Shown in pieces: positions 48,947-62,468 of a DNA stretch of 64,000 nt. Below the pieces are notes generated by a model. It was not told where the DNA came from. It did no database searches and saw nothing but the letters and a program-made list of their open reading frames with translations. Both the position numbers and the translations under genes were made by a program. This DNA comes from Chlorokybus atmophyticus (lineage: Eukaryota; Plantae; Mesostigma and Chlorokybus algae): the NCBI GenBank assembly GCA_009103225.1, contig RHPI01000260.1, positions 258,203-322,202 on the forward strand. The letters are read 5' to 3'. The first letter of the stretch is position 1, and each line of letters starts with the position of its first letter.

Positions 48947-50357
48947 CTACTCCTCGTCGTCATCCCCCCACTTCTTGATGACGGCGCTTTCAGTCGCTCC
49001 CAACCCGTCATCGCCCCCGGCAGCTGCCGTCGCCGCTGCAGCGGGCACCTTTCGCTTTCGCCGCGCCTTTCCACCGCTCAAGATGAACAAAACCACGTTG
49101 AGGAGTAGCGCCACCACTTTCCGGCCCGATGTGAGCATCACCACCTGGAAAAGGTGCAAGCGCACGCCTTGGTTTCATAGTCACGAGGGAGAGTCCCTCT
49201 TGTAGTAAGCTCTTGTAAGTGATGACATACATGACATTGCTTGCAGTACCAAAAACGTACTATGTGCTTTTGTAATGTGAAACACATATGCAACGGGTTG
49301 TGAGAAGCAAAAAGCCCCACTCACAACCAAGTTCCACAATGCATGTAACCCATTGTACGGCAATAAATATCAAGTGCAACGTAGCTGCAAAGGAACACCT
49401 TGGGGAACTCAAGCGTCACACCACTGTATGTGTATAAAAGGGTATGCTGCAGTGCCCGCATGCATGGTGTGTATGCACCCAAACTCACTAGGAACAGGAA
49501 TCCGCCTAGCGCCAGCACTGTGTCTTTGCTCTCTCGCCAGAAGTTGCTCCAGTCTCCTCCCCCTCCTCCCCCTCCCCCGCCTCCACCGCTGCCCCCGCCA
49601 TCGCCACCGTCCCCGCCCGAGTTGTCAAACGCCGCCAGCACGTCCTTCTTGCCGCCCAAAGCCTCCTGCAGCGCCTTCCTCGCAGCATCCTGATCAAGTG
49701 AACACAGCGACAGACGCAATTAGCTGCTGTTTGCATGTTGAGATGACGGAGCTGCATGAATGTTTGGGTGTAGGTGGTTGAAAGATTGGAAATTACACTA
49801 TCTTCAATGCAAAGGTGTGGAGTGACAAGCCACTTCATATGTGCGTTGATAGCAGTGTGCATGAATCTGCGAGTTTGCATGCATTATGCGTGTGATGGAA
49901 AACCACGCGCATTCACAATACCTTGTCACATGCATAAGTCAGCAAGCATTGCATGCGGAAGCAATGTGACTATGGTATGCCACGTGAGTGCTTGCCCGAA
50001 TGCTGAGGTAACAACCACTGTGGTGGGGAGTCAATGTGTCGTTGCACAAACGCTGCCTGAACGCACCTGTTTGCCGGTGTTGGCAAAGAAGCGATTCCTG
50101 CGTGCCTTGACAACCTCCTTGCGGACGCTCTCTGGGTCATTAGGATCAGGATCGGCCGTCGCAGCCCTGATCACAAGCGGCCGCGACGGCGACGGCCTGG
50201 CGGCCGCAGCATGCGCTCGTTGCCTCTGTCTATGCAACGGCGACGCAAGCGCAATGCCTAGCGCAGCTCTCAGCTCAAGCGACGTCGTTGGTAGTGACGA
50301 AGTCGCCGTGGTGGATCTCGCCTCAACCGCCGCCCCGCACCCGCACACCCCCGCCAT
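48947..50357 (-). CDS. Plastid-targeted Gly-rich membrane protein of unknown function, 3 exons
   Basis: Transit peptide ending VIRAA, then KQDAARKALQEALGGKK, poly-Gly, WSNFWRESKDTVLALGGFLFLVVML..LLLNVVLFILSG, and VIKKWGDDDEE*. Resembles a conserved plant plastid family as remembered. Confidence 0.75.
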
Positions 50358-50828
50358 CGTCGCAGCTCCCGCCACCACCACCGCCGCCGCCGCCAGCAGC
50401 TCTTTTTCCGCCCCCCCAAGTCACACGGCTGGCGTCCAACTACGATCGACGCAACCACATCAGCTGATCGAGGTCATCTGCCACAGTTGCGGATCGGGTT
50501 CAGAGAAGCTGTAAAACTCACGTGATCGGCGTCGGCGGCGGCGTTAGCGTCCGCGCCGTTGATGATGATGGAGCGGATAGTCGTTGAACGCTAGTTTACC
50601 AAACTCTTACTACATGGCATCGTAAGGATCGGGTGTCTTGGTACCCAGCGTTTGCTTCTTGATCTTCGTGCGCATCACATGGCGTTGTGATCGGCTTGTG
50701 GAAGGTGGTTGTGTTGCTTGTGGTATCCAACCCTTTGGCTGTCTTTACCGCATGCTTCACGTCATCAAACACCAAAACAAGCTCGTACGCAGTGACAGGC
50801 AGTCACAGCGACCAAGCACACACGCACA

Positions 50829-52977
50829 ATGGACCCGCCCACCTCCCCCACCACCAGATCCATCACCACGTCATCATCATCATCAACCGTTGTCAACAAC
50901 AACAACAACAATAACGCCGAAGTCCGCCTCCGCCACGAGCCGCTTCTCTGCAAGGACGACAACCACAACCATGACGATGACCGTGATAGTAACACCTATG
51001 ACTATGACAATGACACCGTGAGTCTGATGAGGAAGCTAAGGCCGGTGCGCACATCCGCGGCAAGCGATGCTCAACAACCACAACAACAATTGCAACCACA
51101 ACAACAACAGCCACAGCAACAACATCATCACCGTCGGAAGTCTGGTGGGATGGGGAGGGCGTCCTTTGAGGTGCAGGGCGGAAAAGAGAGGGAGAAGAAG
51201 GAAAGCAGAGAGAATGAGAATGTGCAAAGAGGAAAGGAGGACAGCTGGACAAACGGGCATTACAGGCCTTCGGCTGCACCATCTTTTGGCACCAATTTTG
51301 ATTTCCGACAGGTGAGTGTGGGTGTTTGTATGGGTGTGCGTGCGGTGGGTTGGGTGTGGATAGGGCATGAGGGTGTTCGTGTTTTGTGCGCAGAGGAAGC
51401 CGACGCAATTGACGGAGCAGTTGTGGGGTGGGCCCATGTCAACGGAGTCGTCACCGAGCTCGCATGGCAGCTCTCCCACGTCTCCCCCTGCCCAGGTAAT
51501 GTGCGCATGTCAACACGCACTTGCGCACACACGCGTGAGCGCCCGTACGCACACATAGTTGGCGCAAACGCACACACACAACTACATGAACACACACTGC
51601 GTGCGCGCACGCACACGCAGACGCGCACGCATGCATGCACGCATACTTCTCAACTCGCTGTGCAGAAGAAGGTAAAGCCCAAACAGCGCAAGAAACACCC
51701 CATTGGCTTTGTTGAGGTAAAGCACCCGTGTTGACTGCATCAGGACAAGTTGTAGATGTTGTGTTTGCAAGGTGGTTGATGATGATGCCATTGCTGTTGT
51801 TGTTATTGTTGTTGTTGTTGCTGCTGGTGCCGGCGGCGTGACTAGTGCATATCTACATGCAGGCGCCACTGCAGCATCGCGTACGCAAGCTGCTCGAGGA
51901 GACCAACGCCGGCTTTGTGCTGGTAACACCAAACAAATTCAAGCACTCGACATCCACACATATGCATTTGACTGTGAGTCTGTTCAACAGGACCTGTTCT
52001 CTGCTGCGGTGGCGGTGACATCCGTGGTGGTGTACTTCATGGAGGCCCAGATGCGCATGGCAGGAAGCACACGGGCATTCTCCGAGTTCTGGTCCATCGA
52101 GGCACGCTCATGTGAATCTATCTTAGCTCATCACAACAACAAGAAGAACAACAACAACAACAGTTGTTAATCATCTATCCATGTTCCTCCACTCACAGGT
52201 CGTTTTTGCCTTCTTCTTTGTAGCCGAATATGCCGTCCGCCTGTACATCTCCGATTCCAGGTGAAACAACAACAACAACAACAACAACAGCATGGTCATT
52301 GTAGATGATTAACTTGTGACCACGCCCTGACTCAGGTACCATTTCTTCACGAGCTTCAGCAGCCTGCTGGACCTGTCCACCATACTCCCCCTGCTCGTCT
52401 ACGTGCTGGGAGTGCTCGCAGACCCCTCGATGGGCGGCATCCAACTGGTACACAAAGGAACACGCACGCACGCACGCACAATTGCTCACAACACAGCGCC
52501 CACCACGCACATTCACAGCCAGGCGCGCACGGGGTTTGGTGGGGGTGCGTATGTGCACGTGCGCATGCATGCTTACACGCGCATGCGCAGACACCAAACA
52601 GCCCACAAAACAGTGCACACCCACGCACGCGCACCCGCACCCGCACACTCACACGCACACGTCACCTCAACCATCTCATACTCACATCCCTCCCCCTCCC
52701 TCCCTCCAACAGCTCCTCGTCCTCCGCCTCTTCCGCATCCTCCGCCTCCACCGCCTCCTGCGCCACTCCGGCTCCGAGCTGTCGCGTCAGGCGTCCCTGG
52801 TCGCCTTCACCGCCGCGTCCACCGTCGTGTGCGCCGCGGGACTCGTGCAGACCGTCGAGGAGATGAGGGATGATAACGAGAGAGGAGGGGGATTGACGGT
52901 GTTCAATGCGTTCTATATGGTCGTGATTGTATCCTGGGGGAGAGATGGGGATGGTTGGTGTGAGGTTGTGGTTTGGT

Positions 52978-53010
<33 letters not shown>

Positions 53011-55740
53011 GGTGTGTGTGTCTTTGTCCTTGACTGGCTGGTGCTAAGACTATCATGACGGTGGGGTATGGCGACTACACGCCCAAGGTGTGCTTTTTAT
53101 GTTGCAACTACACGTAAAGCATCTTACAGGTGGTGTTGAAGTGGTAGTATTGATGTTGTTATTGCAGACGGACTGGGGCAAGGTGGTCATCATGTTGGCG
53201 CTCGTGTTCACCTTCTTCATCATACCGTACGAGACCACTGCGCTCGTGGACATCCTCAGCCGGAGCTCAGGTGCGGGTGCTTGATTACCAGCATTCCTGA
53301 GTAGTATTAACCAAATAGAAGCCCACATTCCTTTCAACACGATACAGTTCATGCGCGGAGGCGGTACGTGTCAAGGAGGCGCCAGCACCACGTAATCGTG
53401 TGCGGCGGGTTCACCACACAGGTACAAAACAGAGTGGCTGTATCCTCATCAGCAGCTGCCACTTCAGGGGTAATGAACTAACACACAAGTGCTTGTACCT
53501 GCATTGCAGCAAGCCGTAGCATTCGTGATGGAGTTCTTCCATGACGACCATGGCTTTGACGACCTGGACGTTGTGCTGATGCACCCGCAGGTGAGATGAC
53601 ACTCGTGCGCACGCGCATCTACAAAACGCATTCCGAATACAACACATCTGTGGACATAGATAAAAGGAGTGCTGGACAATGTCTCTCTGTTTGTATTATG
53701 ACAACCTGGCTGTAACACGGCGTGAACACATGCACACCTTTCGTGAACGTGATCCCTGTTGCTCTGTCACAGCCTCCATGTCCAACACTCCTCTCCTTCA
53801 TCCGCACCTCCCGTCACGTTCGGTACGCCACCTCATCAACACAAAACCCACACAAATTACACAACCACATGCCCACCATTCATCCCCACGCAGGCGCATC
53901 TGCTTCATTGAGGGGTCGCCCCTCCGCCCGGCGGACCTCACGCGCGCCGCCGCACGTGACGCGCACGCCTTCTTCATGCTCGCAGACCCTTCTTGCCAGG
54001 TTTACACCACCAACAACGATGACAACAACAACAACAACGTGAGGCTTTGTTATAGTGTGGCTTATCACGTTGCCACGCAGGACCCGCGAGAAGAGGACGC
54101 GTACAACATTACCATTGCGCTGTCTGTGCGCCAGTTCATCCATTCCTCTGCATCACCCACCAGGTTGTGTGCGTGCGTGCGTGCGTGCATGCCCGTGTGT
54201 GTGGGCGTTGTCCACCATCCTTTGTGTGCAGGCATCACTCACCGTGTGTTGGGTGTCGTGCAGGTGCCGTCTCTTTGTGCAGCTTGTTGGGTCGGGGAGC
54301 CGCGCGCAGCTGGAAGCGCTGATGCCTGAGCTGGGGGGCGGGAAGGATGGAGGGGAGGAGCAGGAGATGGTTGTGGGGATGCAGGAGCAGGGGAGAGAGG
54401 GGGGCGTCGTGTGCGTCCAGCAGCTGAGACTCAACCTCATCGCGCAGGTGGGGTTGGTGCAATGTGTGCGCGCTTGCGCCTGTATGCCTGACTGCAGCGC
54501 TGATACTCCCTGCGCAGGCGTGCATCTGCCCGGGGTTCTCAACACTCCTGATCAACCTTTGCCGATCAAGCAACAATGTAAGCCTTCAATCCATCAATTT
54601 GTCATTGTTGCCTCTTTCACCGCTGCCATCTTGGTCACAGACAATTTCCCATTCCGCCCACACCATTGTGTAACCCACCTCCGTGTCAGGCGCTGGCGCC
54701 GCTCACAAAGAAGCAAGAAGCATGCGTGGCCCCGTGGCAGCGCGAGTATGCCGAGGGCTGCGCCCACGAGATATACAAGACCCCCCTGTCCACCCACTTC
54801 CAGGGCTGGACTTTCCCGCAGGTGCGCAATGCCTGATGCCTCTATTGTTGGGTTGTTAGATCAAGAGCAAACGCATGCATGCATGCACGCACGCACACGC
54901 ACACGCACATGTACTCACCCTTCAGGTGGCGGAGGCTGTGTACAAGCACTGCGGGGCGGTGCTGTTTGCGCTGCAGTTGAGAGATCCCACGAGCAATTTT
55001 GGTGGTGCTGTTGCCGGCCAACCGGGTTGTCGGAAAGGTCGCATTATCATCAACCCTTGCGACTACGTCGTGGAGGACGTCACGGTCGCCGTGGGCTTTG
55101 TCATCGCGCAGGTCAGGAGGGGCACTGTTTGTTGTGGGTATGGTTGATGTGGGGAAGGTGGTGGTTGACACGCTGTTGTTGTGTTTCAGGACATACATGC
55201 ATGCGCAAAGGTGGCGAACTACAACGCAGGTGCCAATGAAGCCATCCGCGGGTATGCACTCAAACGCACACACAAACACACGCACGCACATGCGCGCGTG
55301 CACACGCGTGCACACGCACGCACTGGCATGCATCTCCTGTGTTCGCACACATGCCCACTTACTCCAACACACTTATGCAGGCGTTCAGACCAAACCCGTC
55401 GTGCTTTCCTCGCACTCGAGCTTCACGAGCAGCCCGGCACCGCCACATCACCACATCATCAACATCAAGTTGTTGATCCTCCGCCCGCATCCGATGCACA
55501 ATTCTCCAACATCAACCTGAAGAACGGGTTCAATAACTTGGCACAGCACGCGGGGACGGGAGCGGTCTGGCTGCAGAATATGTTGTGGGGGGATGTGGGT
55601 GGGAAGGGTGGGAACGGTGTGCATGTGAATGTTGCCATGAAGCGTGTACATGGCAGCCAGGCGTCACTCGTGCAAACAGATGAGCGACGGGAGGCGCTGG
55701 TGAGTGGGCAATTGTTGTTCTCCTCGTCGTTGTTGTTGTT

Positions 55741-55783
<43 letters not shown>

Positions 55784-57619
55784 GTGGTTTGTGAATCACT
55801 CGACAAGAGGCTTGAGACAGTTTGATGCGACATGCAGATGCACCGGGTGGAGACGTTGTGGGCTGTGCTGCGCCAATCAGTCAAGCAGGTACCCTCACAC
55901 TTGCAAAACCCAAATACTTGAACACTACGGGTATTTTTCACTCAATGTCTCACTTTACCCATCGCTATATTGAGCCCACGATCATACTCAGGGTGCCCAC
56001 TCCCCAAACCGCCGCATGGCCACGACGCGCGCCCACGCAGCCCGCAGCAGCAGCACCAGCGCCGCCTTCTCTTGTGTTGCGAGCAGCTTCACTGTGCTCA
56101 AACAAAACTACCACTTCAGACAGGTACAACCTTTTCTCACTGCCTTTGCGTGGTTTAGCAAAGCATTGATAACATACACACTTACAACTGTGTTGCAGCG
56201 GGCACTCACGCTGGAGGAGGCTACCATCAAGGATGCCCATGGCATGCATGGCCACATCATCGTGCTCGGAAGTGAAGACACCAATTTGTGCCATCTGGTT
56301 GCGCCGCTACGGCGCGCATCGCATGCTGTTGTGAGGCCGATTGTTGTGGTCTATGAGAGAAGAAGGCCACTTTTGCCCCAACAGCAACAACACTGGGACG
56401 CTGTCGGCATGTTTGTGGACGTGTTTGTGCTTGAGGTGGCTACCACCAGCGAGGTGGTGGAGCTGCAGAGACTCAACGTGCAACACGCGTACCGCGTGGT
56501 ATTGCTGTCGAGTCAGTCAACCCACAACAACAACAGCAACAAGCAGCAAAGTGCAGAGAGGCCTTACCAAGAGAGGTTGGCAGATGCGCAGACGCTGTTC
56601 TTGCAGCATCAGTTGCGCGCACTCGGATGCGGGCCGGAGCGCATTGTGTGCGAGCTGGCAAGTGAGGCATCCCTCGCATTCTTCTCCTCTGAGAAGCAAC
56701 AACAGCGTCATCAACAACAACAGCAGCTGTGCGATGAGTACTACCAAGCTCCCGCGTTTGCGGCCGGCCACGCCTGTCGGACCGGCCCACTCGCGGACTC
56801 CCTCACCTGCCAGGCCTTTTACAACAAGGACATCATCCCCATAGTGCAGTCGATGTTGGGTGGTGGTGCGGTAGCGTCCGGGAAGAAGGAATTGGAACAG
56901 CGTGACTGCGGTGTGGCTTCGGTTGTGCAGATTGTGGTGGACCCGCGCTTTGCCGGCGTCGCGTACGCACACTACTTCTGCCATCTGCTCTATGAACGCG
57001 GGATGGTGCGCTTGTGCTCTTGTGCTTGCAAATCCATGGCATGTGTGCGTGTATTGATGTGATACTGAGTGCTGCTGGCAGGTTTGTTTGGGGCTGTATC
57101 GCACCTCACTGATGGGCGGAAACCGACAGTCATATGTAAGTGCCACGCGTGTAATGTATTGCAGCTGACCTTACCTTCACCACACACTCCTCACGCGTAG
57201 GTTTACACCAACCCTGGCCCAGAAACAGTTATAGACGCAAGAGACCGGTACGTGGTCGCTCGTATAACTAACCGATTGTATCACTACATTTTGGACTTTG
57301 CATCCATACAACACCCGCTGACGCGTTTGCAGACTGCTGATAATCAACCAACCGTTCTTGTTGCAGAGCATTCGTGTTGAGTTCAAGCATTCCAAGTGAC
57401 GCCCCGCAGAGTCCAGCTCCAGCTGTTTCTTCCACTGTTTCTTCCACTCCCACCGCGCAGGGGGCCAAGGCCCCTGAAGTGCAGGCTATGCATGCTGAGA
57501 GCGTCATCAATAGCATTGATGTCGTCCACATGATGCGCACGATGCAATCTTCCATAGTGCGCCTTTCTAGCGAAGTCACAGGGTTGAGACATGACGTTGA
57601 AAGGCTACAGCGACCTTGA
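50829..57619 (+). CDS. BK/Slo-type (KCNMA1-like) K+ channel alpha subunit with S1-S6 and RCK1/RCK2, many exons
   Basis: S4 LLVLRLFRILRLHRLL. Filter TIMTVGYGDYTPK (53049-53087). HVIVCG, EFFHDDH, FIEGSPL..DLTRA, CPGFSTLLINL, EYAEGCAHEIY, HGHIIVLG, PAFAAG, VCLGLYR, VYTNP. Confidence 0.95.
55725..55781. repeat. (GTT)n microsatellite
   Basis: Seen directly. Confidence 0.9.
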
Positions 57620-57815
57620 TGCTGTTGTGGCGTTGGTGTACTCATCTTCTTGTATAGAATCCTGTAACTGGCTGCAAACCTGAGCGACATGCACACGCTA
57701 TGCACATGCATACAACCCTCTGGTTGGTCACTTCTCTTGAGTCACAGTGTGCACACTATCACAAGCACGGAGCCCCGTGTAGTCAAGAATGCAACTTCAA
57801 GTAAAAGGCAATGGG

Positions 57816-60471
57816 TTATCTGTCTCGCATGACATCGACAAGTTGCATAAATACATGGTACTTGGCATCCCAGGCTTGGCGAACTTCTGGGTCATCATCA
57901 GGCTCTATCACTCCGCCGCCCCCTGCCGACATGGCATCCATGGCAGCGCGGAGGTTGCTTTCAATGTTGTCACCATTGGCGGCCGCAGCGCCAAGGATGG
58001 CAGCGCCCACAGCGACGGCATCATCGGTGCGCGGAAGCCGCACGGGACACCCGCATGCATCCGCGAGGGCTCGAACAAAGAGCTTGTTGCTCACCAGCCC
58101 GCCGCATATGCACAACGTGTACGCAGTGATGTCCACACTCTCCCTCTCGCCCTTCCCTGCCACGGCCCTCGCTACCGTCTCCAGTATTGCCCGTATAGAC
58201 AATGCCAACGCATGCACATGCGCAGCATACAACCTGTATGTGCGCAAACGACAGTCAGTTGAGTGTCTGAAGCTTGTTCTGCTCCAAGGGAAGCATAACG
58301 AGACCAATGTCACCTGGCAAGGTTGTCAACGGAGTCCGGGTTAGATTCGAGCTCCAGCCCGATAATGGTTCCCCGCATCGCGGGACCAAAGAGCCGTGAG
58401 CCGTGGTGATAGGGGACCACGGTGAGACCCCAGCCTTGCCGGCGCGGGTCGTCCCCTATCACATCATCCACAAGATACCTGCCAACAATTGCGATGCATG
58501 TCATGAGGTTGATATAGGTTGGTAGCAAAAAGTTTGACACTCTTACCTATGCACATCCTTGCCAGCGCGGCCGGCACGGTCGATGAGCTCTCTGCTGGCA
58601 GGATGGGACTTCAACACGTAGTCCAGCAGCACGCCTGTGGCTGAGTCCCCACCCTCTAGAAGCCACAGCCCAGGAGCCATGGACTGAGCAGCAAGAGAAA
58701 TGCGTTGACAAGAGTGTTTCTGTACGCTTTCCATTACAGCATACATTCAATGTACTTATAACACAAACCCTGGTGAGGGTGTAAGCACACCCCATCTTGT
58801 AGAAGCACACCCACCTTGTAAAAGGGTCCCCACACACCCGGCGCAAAGACCTTTTCCCTGGTTGACACCATGACGCACGTGGAGCTCCCAGCGATTACCG
58901 CGACCCTTTTCTCCAGGTCAACTGCCTCCTCCCCGTCGCCCCCTCCGAGCACGCCCACACCGCCGCAGTGTGCATCAATCATGCCCGCGGACACTGCCAC
59001 GGACGAGGGGGAGGCCTCGAGCCCCATAGCCGCGCGGGCCTCCGCGGACAGCACCCCCGCGTGACGCCCGGGCTCAAGCACACTGCTCGCGGGAGGCAAC
59101 ACACCTGACCTTCCCAGCAGGTCCTCAAGACCAATCCCCTGTACATAGCTGGAGTTTGGGTATGTGGACATATGGCTGTAAATGCTGCACAGCAAGCATG
59201 TGCAGCCATACCCAAAGCTGGAAAAGCTTTGAAGTAATGGTTGTACACATGCATACAAAGGTATGTGTGTCTCAACATGCGGACCTACGAATGACGAGGT
59301 ATGGAACTATAATGAGCACGGTCATAGCTGCTTACCAACTGTCCCTAACATACATCAGCAAGCCCTACCTTCCAGACCTCTTCGGGCCATTGCATCGCAT
59401 GTGCGTCGTACATCCATTTGCACGCTAAGCAGCATGAGCTGCGTGTCGACTGCTCGCCTGCCCCAACCGCCTGCACGCAGTCACCAATGCATAAGCGTAC
59501 AATGCCAGTATTTACATGACGAGGGCTGAAGCTCACACACACCTTGTAGACGAGGAAGTCTGCGAGGTCCATGAGTTGGCCGTCATGCTGCAGAAGGCCG
59601 TTCTCTGACAGCCACCAAATCTTGGGCACTTCATTCTCAGGGTGGACTTCACCTCCTATGTGTCTTAGCGGCTCTGAACCTGCAGCCACATGCAACGTGA
59701 ATTCATGACAAAAGCAAACGAGGCATACACATAATCTAACAGAAACACCTACCGGACAGCATGTCATTGATTCGCCGTGCCTGACTCTCTGCCCGATGGC
59801 AGAACCACAACACCACGTTGCGCTCCGCGTCACGTGACAGCGATACTGTCGCCGGTGCACCCGAGCTGGATTAAAGCAGTATAGTTATGAGTATAGGAGC
59901 TGGAGCTATGTCTCAACCCAACTCAAGGCAAACTAGCCAGTCTCCATGCAGTGCAGTATGCCTCATGCAGTCAGCACGAACAATCACCTTTGCACAGACC
60001 GTCTGCATATGCACTTAAGCTCTTACTCTCTCGTGTACATACCTATCAAGTTGGACAAGGCTGCAGGTGGCGCAGAAGCCAATGCCGCGTACGCGTGCGG
60101 CAGCGCGGTCGGCCCCAGCATCAGCAATGGCGCGTCGCGTTGCTGCGCAGGCCGCCCCCCAAATGTCCTCCCCGCTCTGTTCATAGCACTCGTTGCCGCC
60201 GCACCTCTCATTCCACGTGCGGATCGGCACGCTGCACGCTGACTGCACAGCACCTGTGTTGGGTGCAATGCAGAGTCGCATGACTAGAGAGTCGCATTGC
60301 CTGTGAAAGTGTTAAGACTTTACATTTAGCGGGTGAGGCAAACAGTAGGACACACATACCATTTGCATTCACGACAACAGCGCGGACGGAGCCCGTGCCA
60401 CAGTCCACGCCAATGAAAAGTGGCGCAGACTCACTGCTCGTGCCAGCGGCGTCGCTTGCCTGTGCCTCCAT
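57816..60471 (-). CDS. FGGY: FGGY-family carbohydrate kinase (D-ribulokinase/YDR109C-like), copy A
   Basis: IGVDCGTGSVRA, YEQSGEDIW, GIGFCATCSLV, LMDLADFLVYK, GMIDAHCGG, IAGSSTCVM, PGVWGPF, LEGGDSATG, ICGGLVSNKLF..LADACG, AVGAAILGAAA. Confidence 0.93.
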
Positions 60472-62039
60472 TGCTGTTGCTTGCAACTGGTCTCTGTAAC
60501 AACGTGTGTATGTCAATTGTAGGAGCTTCGTGTAACGGTATGCTGCCATGATAAGCATCCCAGCTGCTGCTCGCTGCGCATCAACTGTTCACACATGTGC
60601 ATGCTCAAGCAGGCCAAATGCCGTGCCAGGAGCGTTCGTGACAGCAGCCAGTTAAGCAAAAATGGCAAACAGCTGCATTAAGCTGTCAGTACGTGTCAAG
60701 TACTGCACGAAAGCCTAGTTTCACAGCAAGGCACTACACTGCAAGGCAGGAGGCAGTTGTAGGCAGGGTATTCTTATACTTTAACAGTTGCATGACATCA
60801 ACAACCAAGACAGCAACCTTCTTGCAACCACATCTTGTCGTACACAACGCTACAAGCAACACAAGTGCAAGCGTTCCAGCATGGTAGTTGCAACAAGCAA
60901 CCCAACACACAAACCAGCCTCTTACCGTGTCTGACGGAGGCTCGCCAGTCATGCGTCCACTCGCATTCAGAACATGTGCAACCAGCTCGCCAGTCTTGCA
61001 GAAATAGCCCAGCTACCCCGCCGCCCACCTCACCACCGCCGCCGGCTGCGGCCACCCAACCTCCGGCGTTGCTCAATGCAGTTCAGATCAGTTCACAATC
61101 CAGACCGTATCTAGTTGTCAACGAAAGACCTTCCGTTACGTCATTGGCTCTGAAGAGCGAGATACGGCTTGCAATTACGTGTTACAAATAGTAGCTATGC
61201 TGTGAAACGCAGCTACGCGATAATTATGTGCTATGGTTGTTACAATGCTGAGCAAGCATGACTATACAACATGTTCACACACAACAACGCACACACATCG
61301 CAGAACGCAAGTATAATGGCACATTGTAAGCGTTGGACTCAACTACAACGATTTTGTCATTGGTGGTAGGTTAACTGCACATAACTTGGATACAAGCACA
61401 CCGTAAATGCCACACCATTTATGAACCATGGGTTGTGTGCATGTCACTTACACTTACGTGACCTACCCTGGTTTTATTGCTTCATCATGTAACAGATTTC
61501 AGCTATCACACGCTATGTGACGGCTTAAGCTTTGAACATGTCATGATAAGCATGATATTGCTACGTGCATATTGTTAACAAGCAACACTACAACATGTAT
61601 ATAGCCATGTGCGCACAGGTTTGCTTGCCCTGCCGCCTTAAACTTGCTTCCCCCACCCTCCCCTGCCTTGCTGCTCCTCACACCGCCTGTCACAGGCCAC
61701 TCGACCATAAAAGACTTGGTGCTTTTATGGTCGATTTGTGATTCAGTGTACCTTCCCGTTACACCCCTCTGCTCACCTTAAGCACATAGCTAGCACACGT
61801 AAGCTTGGTTTCAGCCAGTTTAATTTAATGCTCTTGCCCGTCTAACCGTTTGCCTGGCGGCTTGCTTGCATGCTCTGCTGATGTTTGAAAAGCCTATGTG
61901 TGTGGTATGAGATATGCAAATAATCAAATGATGGTGGTGGATGGAAATGGTGGCGAAGAAGGTGTGAGAGTGGAGTGACGCTCTGCAGAGTCCAGCTCTA
62001 GTTATCTCTTCTATACTGAACATGGTGGAGACCCTTAAG

Positions 62040-62330
62040 CGAAGGTTATGCGTGCTGAGAGCGTCAGCAACAATATAAATGTCGTCCACTTGATGCGCAA
62101 TAACACGTACAATACTGCTCCTTTTTTGCGTAGTTGTAGGGTTGAGACATGAGTTGACTCATGCACCATAGCAAGGTACATATTGTTATTGTGGCATTGA
62201 TGTACTCATATTCTTGTACAAGCCTGCAAGTAGCTGCACACCTGGTTGTGAGAGACATGCATACACTGTGCACATGCATAGTAGTGCTGCGGGTGTTTTA
62301 TTGTGCGCTTGGCATAGATTGTTGTCATGG
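62040..62330 (+). pseudogene. Degenerate duplicate of the BK-channel last exon and 3'UTR (copy of about 57490-57780)
   Basis: gctgagagcgtca..aa..a..atgtcgtccac.tgatgcgca, gggttgagacatga and gagacatgca.ac.ct.tgcacatgcata match the 57490-57710 sequence. Confidence 0.85.
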
Positions 62331-62468
62331 ACTCTTATACCCTATGAATACAAGCCACTAACTGGTCACTAGAGGCATAGCGTGCATAGCACAATGGCAA
62401 GGAGCCCCGTGCATTTTATCTCTCTCGGTTATCCTTTACATAGAAACATACAATACATATACAGCGCG

